Positions 1-9,433 of a stretch of 64,000 bases of DNA are shown in pieces; the first letter of the stretch is position 1; each line of letters starts with the position of its first letter. Position numbers and translations under genes: made by a program. The notes under the pieces were generated by a model. The model searched no databases. It had not been told where the DNA came from and saw only the letters and a list, made by a program, of their open reading frames with translations. The stretch comes from Pelagomonas calceolata (taxonomy: Eukaryota), in contig CAKKNE010000003.1 in NCBI GenBank assembly GCA_918797485.1, positions 4,340,001 through 4,404,000 of the forward strand. Reading direction: 5' to 3'.

Positions 1-1206
1 TGCGTCCGCGCCGTCGGCCCACCGGAGCAGCCTGTGGGGCCGGCGCGCCGCCACGGGCCGCGGCTCGTCCAGGAACATGGCCTCGAACACGCACCGCCGC
101 AGCTCCGCCAGGGCGGGCAGGGCCTCGCCCAGCGCGTCGCACAGGTCGTCGAACGTCGCGCAGGCCACCGCGACGATGTCGCGCGACGGCGGCGGGCGGC
201 CCTCGTCGCACGGCGCCTGGGTCAGCGTGTGCTGCGCCGCCGCCGCCGAAAACCGCGCCAGGAGTTTCGTCGACAGCGCCACGGTCCGCTCCTCGTCGGC
301 GCGCGCGTCGAAGGACTTGAGCCACCGGTCGAGGAAGAACCGCGCGGCCCGGTCGGGCGGCCGGATCGCCTGCCGCGCGCTCAGGTCCGCCTGCAACGAC
401 GCGGGTGGCGCGTCGTCCGTCTCCCCCGCGGCGTGCCACTCCGCGCGCAGGCGGGCGGCCTCCTCGTGGACGGCGAGTCTGGACGGCAGGCGGTTGGAGC
501 CCGAGCCCAGGGCGACCGCCGACGCCGCGCGCCAGGGCTTCGGGTCGGCCGGCGGCGCCAGCAGGTAGCGGCCCAGTTTCAGCGCGGCCCGGTCCCGCGT
601 CTTCGGGCCCTCGAGGGGCGGCAGCTCGGCGCCGACGCGCCCCGACGGGAACGCGGGCGCCGCCGCGGGCCGCGCGATCCGCGAACCTTGGCCCGTCTCG
701 CGGCGATCGGGCCGCTCGAAGGCGTGCGCGAAGGACCGGATCAGGTCCTCCTTCGCCGGCAGGGGGCTCGCCGGCCGCGGCGCGTCCGGGGCCTTCCTCC
801 GGGGCCGCCGGCCCTCGCTCACGAGCGCGACCGGGCGCCGGGGCGGAGACGCGCTCGGGTCCGGCCCGAGCGCGCCCCGCGCGGCGCCGGGCTCGAAGTG
901 GGCCAGGGGCGTGGCCGCGCGCTCGAACTCCGGCGAGGGCGGCGGCGACGCCAGGCCGACGCGGCGCCCCGCGACGACGCCGGCCGGGTCCGCCGCCGGC
1001 GCGTAGGCGAGGCCCTCCAGGCCGAGGCGCGGCGGCGGCGCCCTCGTTTGTGCCGGCTCCGCCGGCTCGGCGTTGATGTCGCGCGACCGGGGCGGCAGCT
1101 CGGGCAGCGCCGCCGCCGGCTGCAGCGGCGCTCCCTCGACGGAGCCGACGCGGGGCTGCCGCCCCTTGCGGGCCGGGGCGCCCCGCAGGGCGAACGAGTG
1201 CTCCAT
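1..1206 (-). CDS. Hypothetical protein, 5' part (runs off the window start)
   Basis: Manually translated open frame from ATG at 1206 (MEHSFALRGAP...FFLDRWLKSFD...LRRCVFEAMF...) with GC3-rich codons and no stop before position 1; absent from the ORF track because no stop lies in the window. Confidence 0.7.
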   Translation of the reverse strand, partial: MEHSFALRGAPARKGRQPRVGSVEGAPLQPAAALPELPPRSRDINAEPAEPAQTRAPPPRLGLEGLAYAPAADPAGVVAGRRVGLASPPPSPEFERAATPLAHFEPGAARGALGPDPSASPPRRPVALVSEGRRPRRKAPDAPRPASPLPAKEDLIRSFAHAFERPDRRETGQGSRIARPAAAPAFPSGRVGAELPPLEGPKTRDRAALKLGRYLLAPPADPKPWRAASAVALGSGSNRLPSRLAVHEEAARLRAEWHAAGETDDAPPASLQADLSARQAIRPPDRAARFFLDRWLKSFDARADEERTVALSTKLLARFSAAAAQHTLTQAPCDEGRPPPSRDIVAVACATFDDLCDALGEALPALAELRRCVFEAMFLDEPRPVAARRPHRLLRWADGADA

Positions 1207-1589
1207 CGGGTGTCCGTCGACGGCGATTTAGCAGGTCGTGCAAGCTCTCTGTCTCGGCGCTGGAGCCTCTTCGTGCCAATCTGATACGGTGGGCGCGGAG
1301 CACCCGTGCGGCAGACCCCGGACCCTTGCGCACGGCGTGGGCGACGACTGGCTTTCCGACACGCGGGTAGCCCCGCCGGCAGCCAGGACCCCGTGCCGGG
1401 GGCACTTAACGGTACGGGGCAGATCTCGGACCTGTCGTGGCCGAGGAGTCCCGGGCACGACTCGCGCAGCGCTATCTCGAGCGCTTTCCCAGTACTACCT
1501 CGCGCGAAACCTCGTAAGAACACTCGGGGCGACGGCGGGCGAGGGCGCGGGCGTGCGGTCACGCAGCCCCCGCGACACGAGTATTTTTC

Positions 1590-2485
1590 TTAATTTCTAT
1601 GCCACCCGGCCGGGCAACAGGCCGCGAACAGCGCCATATCTCTCACACAGAAGTAGTTTTCCGTCTCCATCAGGCAGTCGTAGCCGCTTTCCATGACGTG
1701 GCGCAACGCCCCCGACGCGCTGTGCATGATGTGCATGTGCTCGAAGACGATGAAATACGGCGTGATCTTCGACAGGTCGACGGATCTGACAATGATCTGG
1801 TCGTGGCCCTCCGCGTCCACCGACAACACGACCAGGTCGTCCCGCAGATCGTGCTCGTCCAGGAGCGTCCGCACCGTGGAGGCCCGGACCTCGACGTCGA
1901 CGACGAGTGCTTCCAGATTCGGAATCCAGTGCTTGTGCTTAAGGATGTTCTTCAGCGACAGCGACGCGATCTGACTCGTGAACGAGGCCGGAAACGCCTT
2001 GCCCCCGGGGGGCGGTTCGAAGCCGCGTCGGTAGCAGCCCGTCGCGGGATCGATGAGCGTGTCGTTTATGGTGTGAAACGTGACCACGCCGTCCCGGTCC
2101 GAGACCGCCCGGTTCACGACCGCGATGCGGTGCGCCGGGTCTGCGTGCGCGGCGACGAGCGCCGCGAGGTCCCGGTAGACGCCTGGCTGCGGCTCGCCAG
2201 CACGGTGTGGTTGATCACGTCGAGCGCGAGCCGCTTGAACGGGTCGTTGGCGTTGCCGAACGCGAGGTGCGCCCCGACCTGCAGCATGGAACTGCTGCGC
2301 CACGACCGCGCGAGCGCCGCGACGCCGTCCAGGAGGCACCGTTTTGCCCGGTGTGGACGCGCGAGGCGGACGCAGGTGACGTTTAGGCCGGTGTGGTTCA
2401 AGAAGCGTAAGTTCGGGCAGCCGTGGTTGCGCAGCTCCACGCCGACGGCGGCTGCTACGAGCACTGCCCTGTGGGCAGCCCTCAT
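1590..2485 (-). pseudogene. FkbM-family SAM methyltransferase with a 1-bp frameshift near 2196
   Basis: N-terminal frame carries LQVGAHLAFGNANDP; after CTG-GC-GAG (one base short of L-V-E) a second frame gives EPQP...VLSVDAEGHD...IVFEH, typical FkbM motifs. Confidence 0.75.
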
Positions 2486-2720
2486 CGTTCACGCACGCTC
2501 TGCCCTTGCATGGGTTCGTACCCCTTACGGAGCGTAAAACTAAACTTATGCTACGACGCCATAGCTCGCCAGCAGGCTCACGCTCGAACCACGGCTGTGG
2601 CGTTTAGGGGGAGCTAGGCTATTCAAGCTTGTGGAAATAACTATAGTCAATTCAAGCTCGTATTGCATCGAAAAAAATACTGCAGTAGGTATAGACAGCT
2701 ACCGTAGGTACCATGGTACC

Positions 2721-2895
2721 TAGCAAGAGTATGTCGCAGCGTTATGTAAGTAGCAGGGTCCTAGCTAACCAGCTTAGAGCTGATAGGCCTGACTGCGAGA
2801 GTGTTTTATAGTGAACTGTTGTTACACCGTAGTGCTTTTGACACTCGATGTATAGACTCAAATATTAGAGAGTGGGAGATACATAACTAGGGTAG
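2721..2895 (-). repeat. Truncated LTR, family A
   Basis: Near-identical to 37009-37183; lacks about 26 nt of the LTR 5' end (minus strand). Confidence 0.9.
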
Positions 2896-3144
2896 CACGA
2901 GCGAGACGCTGTCGCCGCCGGCCGACAGCCGCCGCGCCGCCGAGCGCCAGGCCCGCGAGACGGAGCCAGCAGACGAATAGTCCTTCACAGTGCTGACGCA
3001 TCGCAGCACGAGCGGGACATCGGCCGGCAAAATTTTGCGCTCGACGCCTCTATAAAACGGCACGTCTATGTTGTAGTTGTACGCTTCCTCGCCACTACTG
3101 TAGTCGCACTCGAATTCGGAGGATGCGGAGGATGTATCCGCCAT
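2887..3144 (-). pseudogene. Short F-box-like ORF cut off by LTR A
   Basis: LPADVPLVLRCVSTVKDYSSAGSVSRAWRSAARR resembles an F-box; the stop codon lies inside the LTR junction. Confidence 0.4.
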
Positions 3145-3759
3145 GCTGGAGGACACAGCTATGATTTGATGCTCTGGCGCGTTTTTACGGGCTCACGATG
3201 CGCGCAGCTTGGAAGAGGGCTTGCGTACGCAACGTCTCGCAGCCAAAAATGAGCTGTGCGGTCTGGTGAGGCGGTCCACGCAGCAATTTGCTCTCTCTGC
3301 CCTCCTGTGTTTTTTGTGAGATGGTTTCGCGCAGCGTGCTGGTCTCAAGCCGTCGAGGCGTCTGGACCACGCCATCGAGGAGCTGCAGTGCCCCTAGCCC
3401 TCCGGTTTGCGCGAGACGGGTTTCAAACTCGTTTCAATCCAACTTACTAGCCCGCTGAACCCGCACCGTCGCGGCCCGATTTTAATGACGCTGCCTCACG
3501 ACGGCGCTGAAGAGCCCGAAAGGTATTCCTCCGGCTCAATCCTTCTTCGTGGCCGTGGCCTGCGGTAGCGCTTTTCTCCGGTGCAAACGGCTGGATATTC
3601 GGCGCGCACCAAGGGGCAGCCCCCGGCAGCCCTCTTGAGCTTTTGCTGGTACGCGGCCCAGTAGTGACGTGAAAGGTATTCCTTCCGGGTGGGCTGTGAG
3701 CACTTTAGAACGCGTGTTTTGGTCGGAGGAATACCTTTCGCGACGCGATCGCGACGAGC

Positions 3760-6700
3760 ATGCCTCGCACCTCGTTCTCGCTCGACGAGGACAACGACGT
3801 AGTGAAGGCCGTGCTGCGTTGTGACACGAAGGACCACCACTGGACCGACGAGAAGTTAGCAGTGAAGGTATCGCTGATGCTGGGACGGTCGGTCACGAAG
3901 GATGAAGTGAACAGAGCGATGGGTGGCCCGCGGGAGCGCGAGGTGCGAGTGGACCAGCGAGGCCGATACGCGCGGAAGGTGTACTCGAAGGGCTGTGCCT
4001 ACTTAATAACATGTGGTAAGACGCGTTTGAAGGGTCAGAACGACTACAGGATCCCGCGCTTCCCGCAAGTCGAGGACCTCTGGCCGTCGGCTCCGCGCAG
4101 CAGAACGCCGCCGCCGCCCAAGTCCGAGAAGCGCAAAAAGGCGACGCCGCCGCGGCGCAGCGTCACGCAGGCGACGCCCGATCGAAGCAAGAGCGCCCTG
4201 CGCGAGGAGCAGAAGGCCGGCGACCAGAACGCCGCGCCCTCGCCGGCGACGCCCGCGACGCCCGCGACGCCCGCGCCCGTGGACGCGACGCCCCACGGCG
4301 ACGCGGCGCAACTACTACTGAGGCGGCTCGCGCCGCCCCCGCCGCCGACGCTAGAACGGCCGCCGCAGCTGGACGTGGAGATGGACGACGCGCCGACGCG
4401 GCCCGCGACGCCGGCGCCGCCCTTCTCCGCGCGCGTCTCGGACATGGTCGACGCCGCGGTTAATTGGGGCGTGCCAGACGAGGACCTGGGGTTCTATTTC
4501 GCTAGGAAACTCGCCGAAGCCGAGGACAAACTAGCCAAAGTGGAGGCCGACGCCGCCGCGTCCGCCGCCGCGGACGTGGCCGCGGCCGAGCGTCGCGAGA
4601 AGCGCACGGAGGACGACGAAAAACGGTTCCACGCGCGCCTCGCCGACGCTGCGGCGTTGTACCGGAAGAAGGCCGCGTTCAAGCTCAAAGACGCCTTCGA
4701 AGGGGTGCTAGACGCACGCGGTAGATTGAAAGAAATCACGCTGGAAGACCTGTGGAAACCTCTGGTGGACCCCTACGGTGACAAGAGGGCCGGGTCGGAG
4801 TTCTACGCGGAGACGCTGTTGCTCCTCGTGCAGACGCCGGACGCGCAGCGCAAAACGAAGAACGCCAGGGACGCGTACGCGAGAGAGGAGGGTTATCGGA
4901 CGGACTACGAGAAGGCCGCGCCGGGCATGGGCGGCTACCGGGACAAGGACGGCGGCCCCGTGTATAAGCGGCCGAAGAAACGGGGCGCCGATTTAGCTGC
5001 GTGGATCGACGCCCGCGACTCCAAGGCCAAGTGCCGCGCGCTCGCGATGGCGGCGATCAACGCGACGGCGACCACCGGCGGCCTGCGCGGCACGATCATG
5101 GGCGTGTTGGTGTCGCTGGCGGTGTCGTGGCACGGCAACGTCACGCAGGCCGGACAGGAGACCATGTCGGGCCTCGCCTTCTCCTCGTCGCGGGCAGTAG
5201 TCCAAAAGTACGTGGGCGTGATCGCGAAGCGGTACGAAGAAACGTACTTGCGGGCGCTCTACGCCGACGCCGTGAAGCTGCGCGCCGTCAGCGTGAAGGT
5301 CCAGCAGGACAACTTCGCTTTTCTACAGTGGGCGGCCCACAAACGGCAGGGCGAGGCCTTCACGAATTGCGCGAGCACGATATCTGCGTTGGCTTATTTG
5401 ATTCCGTCTGATCAGCGGCCGGGTCATAATCCGCTGACGGGCGCCAGGCGCGCGGCGGCGATGCCTCCGAAGTTCGATGCGGCGCTGGTGGCGCGCTTTT
5501 ACGAGGAGCACAAGGCGGCGCTCACGGCCGATGCTCGCGGGCACATCGACGTCGACGCGCTCGCCGACAAGTGGGCGCCGCGCGGGCTCTTCCCCCGCGA
5601 GCCGGGGCCGTGCGCGCGGCTCGGGGACTTCGCCGTCCTCCCGTCGCAAGTCGCCAAGTCCAGCAGCCTCGCGGACTTTAGAAGCAAAGTGGTGCCGTTG
5701 ATGACAAGAGTTATGAACGCGTGCAAGTTCGGGAACGCGGCGGTGCCCCACGTTGTTCAAGACGTCTTCCTCACCGTCGACCCGGAGCCCTACCTGCTCG
5801 CGGACAAGGCGGCGAAGCTGGACTACGAGGCCGTCCGGCACGTGTTCGTGACGCTGACGCCGTTCCACTTGCAGAAGCACGGCCTCGAGTTCCTCTTTAC
5901 CGATCCGGAGGACTTCCTCATTTTTGGCGAGTTCCTGGCCAATTTCATGGACTACCGCAAGGATCACATAGCAAAGTTCCTGAACAAGGGCTCGAGCGCC
6001 GTGCCGCGCGCGGCGCGGGCCGAGGCGACGCAAGCAGCTGGCGACGACTCCGACGACGAGCCGGACGAGTTCGAGCAGGCCGTCGAGGCCTTGGATGATT
6101 TAGATGTTCGAGAGGAGCGCGAGGACGGCGGGCCGGGTCTCGCGCGGCGCGCGCTGGACACGATGCTCGGCTTCGTGTCGCGCCTCCTGCCGGGCGCCGC
6201 CGCGCGGCCTGCTGCTGAAGTCGCCCTGCCCGAGGAGTCTGGCGCGGACGTCCGCGAGGAGCTCGCCGCCGACCTCGCCGCGGCGGACGACGAGGGTTTC
6301 GACGACGCCGTAGCAGCGGCGGACGCGCGACCGGCGGCGACCGAGGCGCCCGCGCCCGCCGCGGAGGCGCCGGCGCCGGCCGCGCCCGCCCGCTCGCCGT
6401 TGGGCGGGCGGGCGGGCGCTGAGAGAGCCGGAAAAAAGATCAACTTCGGGCGCCTCCGCCATTTCAAGCAGACCCTGCACGCCGCTTTCCGCAGCATCAG
6501 AGCGGACCTGGTCAAAAAGGTGCGAGAGATGGCGGGCTCGAACGCCACGACCGACGAGGAAGCCATCGACTGGGCCTGCCGCACGTCGGAGCGATTTTTG
6601 TACTTGTGGAACTTGTTCGACAACGAATTGGAAATGTGGATGCAGCCCTTTTTGGACTGGGACCACGGCGACGCGCGGACGGTGTACGCGAACCTTCCGG

Positions 6701-7524
6701 TTATGATCCTGCACATGATTTATTACACATACCAGCCGCGGTGGCGCAACAACCGGCTCGCGTCGTGGCTGCTCTCGCACTTGAACGCGACGCTCTACCG
6801 GATCAAGGAGCGGCCCGATCTCGTGCGAGTCGACGCGCGCACGTGCAAGCACGGCAACGACGTCTTCATCGAGCACCTGAACTCGGTCTTGTCGCGGTCT
6901 ATTCCTTCGAACACGAAGATCACGCCGGAGACGATCAAGACCGCGTCGTGCTCGGTGAGCGCGCGGTGGCGCCTCGCCGACGTGATGAAGCGCATGCTCC
7001 GCCGGAAGCGCAAGCCGGCCACGCCCGAACTCCTCCAGGACGAGCGACGCATCCGCAGCCCGTCCTTCAAGGACACGCTCGACGCGGGCAAGCGCTTCAT
7101 CTGGGAGAAGTTCGAAGACGAGCTGAAGAAGATCGCCGACGGCTGCCCGACGCCGTGCGCCGCCGCCAAGCGCAACAAGGCCGCCATCGGGTTGCAGTGG
7201 GTGCGGCCCTTCGCGGAGCACTACGACGTGCGCCTCGGCCGCGCGAAGGAGCCCACGACGAAGACGTCCGAGGAGGTGCGCGCCGAGGAGCTGTCCGTCG
7301 AGGCGGCCGTCGCCAAGTACAAGAAGGAGTACACGCTCAAGAAGGTGATGGGCTTGAGCGCGAGCGCGGCCGACGCGGCGCTGAAAGCGATGAAGGTCCC
7401 GGGGCGCGGCTCCAAAGTGAAGGAGGGGAAGCGCAAGGGCAAGAACCTCAACCGGGACGACAAGCGCGCGCTGCTCGCGGAGTTCCTGGGGCTCGCGCCG
7501 GCGCCGGCGCCGGCACCGGCTTAG
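3760..7524 (+). CDS. 1254-aa DUF6589-like (RNase H-fold) putative transposase
   Basis: Uninterrupted ORF with ordered motifs VQQDNF ... TVDPEP ... LTPFHLQKH ... NDVFIEHLN, like DUF6589-type DDE proteins; basic helical C-terminus; followed by a CACTA-type end at 7672-7683. Confidence 0.6.
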   Translation: MPRTSFSLDEDNDVVKAVLRCDTKDHHWTDEKLAVKVSLMLGRSVTKDEVNRAMGGPREREVRVDQRGRYARKVYSKGCAYLITCGKTRLKGQNDYRIPRFPQVEDLWPSAPRSRTPPPPKSEKRKKATPPRRSVTQATPDRSKSALREEQKAGDQNAAPSPATPATPATPAPVDATPHGDAAQLLLRRLAPPPPPTLERPPQLDVEMDDAPTRPATPAPPFSARVSDMVDAAVNWGVPDEDLGFYFARKLAEAEDKLAKVEADAAASAAADVAAAERREKRTEDDEKRFHARLADAAALYRKKAAFKLKDAFEGVLDARGRLKEITLEDLWKPLVDPYGDKRAGSEFYAETLLLLVQTPDAQRKTKNARDAYAREEGYRTDYEKAAPGMGGYRDKDGGPVYKRPKKRGADLAAWIDARDSKAKCRALAMAAINATATTGGLRGTIMGVLVSLAVSWHGNVTQAGQETMSGLAFSSSRAVVQKYVGVIAKRYEETYLRALYADAVKLRAVSVKVQQDNFAFLQWAAHKRQGEAFTNCASTISALAYLIPSDQRPGHNPLTGARRAAAMPPKFDAALVARFYEEHKAALTADARGHIDVDALADKWAPRGLFPREPGPCARLGDFAVLPSQVAKSSSLADFRSKVVPLMTRVMNACKFGNAAVPHVVQDVFLTVDPEPYLLADKAAKLDYEAVRHVFVTLTPFHLQKHGLEFLFTDPEDFLIFGEFLANFMDYRKDHIAKFLNKGSSAVPRAARAEATQAAGDDSDDEPDEFEQAVEALDDLDVREEREDGGPGLARRALDTMLGFVSRLLPGAAARPAAEVALPEESGADVREELAADLAAADDEGFDDAVAAADARPAATEAPAPAAEAPAPAAPARSPLGGRAGAERAGKKINFGRLRHFKQTLHAAFRSIRADLVKKVREMAGSNATTDEEAIDWACRTSERFLYLWNLFDNELEMWMQPFLDWDHGDARTVYANLPVMILHMIYYTYQPRWRNNRLASWLLSHLNATLYRIKERPDLVRVDARTCKHGNDVFIEHLNSVLSRSIPSNTKITPETIKTASCSVSARWRLADVMKRMLRRKRKPATPELLQDERRIRSPSFKDTLDAGKRFIWEKFEDELKKIADGCPTPCAAAKRNKAAIGLQWVRPFAEHYDVRLGRAKEPTTKTSEEVRAEELSVEAAVAKYKKEYTLKKVMGLSASAADAALKAMKVPGRGSKVKEGKRKGKNLNRDDKRALLAEFLGLAPAPAPAPA

Positions 7525-7798
7525 GGCAGCCGGTGGGGCAGCCGCGTAACAATTTGTTGGTACGAGCGCCTCGCGATAGGCCGTGAGGGGTCCGCGGCGG
7601 CCTATCGGGCCCGCAGCGGGCCGCAAAGGCGCTTTTTCAGCGCCGTGCGCCGCCGCCGAACCACTGCAACTTCGGCCCTAGTGTCTAGTAATCTAGACAC
7701 TACGGCCGACTAGTGGGATTTGACAAAGTTGACTTTTTGTTTGGTTGACTTTATTAGATGTAGAGACTGGTCGTTTGCTGGTATCAGTTAACTGGACG

Positions 7799-9430
7799 AT
7801 GGCCGCAAATACGCTGCCCCCGGGCAGGCTGAAGTACCTGGAGGGCCTCGCGCCGGACCAGGCCACCTTCCAGAAGTACGTCGAGGATGAGGCGCGCTCG
7901 CGCGGCTGGGTAAAGCCCACCGAGCTGCTGCCCCGCGCCGCGCGGTCGCGCCGCGCGCCGCCGCCGTCCCCGGACCCCGCCCCCAAGAAACAGGGGCTGA
8001 AGAGGCGCCGCGAGACGTGGGAAAAGCTGCCCTCGTCGTCCCAGAAGCGCTCGCGCGGCGACGGCGCGGCGCGGCCGCGGGTCCTTCAGACCATAACAAA
8101 CCGCGCCCCGCAGTCCCTGGACAGCGTCGTCGTCGCCTGCGACGACGAGCGCGTCGAGGGCACCGCCATTGCCGTCGTCGGCGACACTGTGCAGGTCCAG
8201 CCGTTCGCGCAGGGCTCGGAACCGCTCGTCGTGAAGAAGGAGGAGACCGCCGTCACGGTGGCGCGCGCTCCCGAGGCGCTCGAGGACGTCCTCGCCGCGC
8301 GACGGACGCCGTTCTTCGCCCCGAAGGTCGGACCCATCTTCTCGGGCGACTCGCTGTTGCTCAAGGACGGCAGCATGGTCGTCTTCCTGCAGCCCTCGTC
8401 GTCCTCAAGGATCGAGGTCTTGGAGCTCTACAAGATCGACGCGTTGCCCAAACACATCAACAGGTCGACTGCGTCCACCTGCGATGTCGTCCTCTCGTCG
8501 ACTTCTAGAGAGGTCTCGGTGACCTCCGTCGTGGGGCCTGTGTGGGTCGTGTCGCAGGACAAGGCCAGAAGTGGTGCCTACGACGGCCTCGCGCGAGTCT
8601 ACACCCTCGACCAGTGGTTTGATGGTACGTCGCCGGCGCTGCGACCGCTTCCAGAGCGCTGCGTCGCGTCGCTGATCGACGACAGGCCGTCGACGATGAG
8701 CGGCTTGTGGGACTTGTTAAACGTGCGCGTCGCCGTTGCTGATGCCGTCGGCGAGCTCCTCCGCGGGAAAAAGAAGAGCGGTACCGTTACGACGTGTGTT
8801 TCGAAGTACTGGGCTGGGCCCCGCCGGCGTCGGGCATGTGGATCGAGGTTCACGGCGAAGCGCGTCGTGGCGCGCGGGCGGCCAGGCGGCGCCGACGTGA
8901 CGCGCCTCCAGTTCTACCGTTTCGAGCGGTTCTCGCTTAGCGGCGATGACGTGGTGCGCCTGGAGAGCGAGTTCCGGATCTTGGCGCGGCGACGCGGTCT
9001 ACGAGTACCCCTAAAAGGCGGCTTCAAGGAGACGAGGGTGCCGACGACGCTGGACGAGTTCAACAAGCTCGTGCGGGTGACGTGCACTTACAACGTCGAC
9101 ACCGGCGGTGAAGCTCAACGCCCGCTTCGAGGTCAAGTCGCCCGCCGAGGCCGGTGCCACGAACGTGGACGAATCTGACGGCGCCGTCGCCGTTGCCACC
9201 GCCGGAGACGGCCGTCGAGCCCGTCGCGCCCGTCGAAGACACGCGTCGCGACGGTCGTCGCGGAGTTGCAGATGAAACAGTTCGAGCTCGACGGCGTCGT
9301 TTACACTATCACGGCGGCGACGGCGGCGTCGTGCGAGTTTAGGGAGGGCGCCCGGTCGCCGGCGCGGGCGTGCCGACGCTCACGCGTCCCAACGCCCGAA
9401 GTCCGCGCCGTCGCAGCCTACGAAGGTAGT
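7799..9430 (+). pseudogene. BAH-domain-containing protein (transposon partner gene), frameshifted in its 3' part
   Basis: About 8335-8625 encodes FSGDSLLL...IEVLELYKIDALP...DVVLSSTSREVSVTSVVGPVWVV...VYTLDQWFD, the BAH strand pattern; main frame stops at 9178 but coding-like frames continue to about 9430. Confidence 0.55.
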
Positions 9431-9433
9431 AAG

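Noticed and set aside
7698..7740. RSS heptamer-spacer-nonamer in the TIR
   Set aside because: Only CAC matches the heptamer; no ACAAAAACC-like nonamer at 12/23 spacing on both ends.
7799..9178. RAG2-like kelch protein as the partner of the RAG1-like gene
   Set aside because: No GG-containing kelch repeats or PHD cysteines; the pattern fits BAH better.
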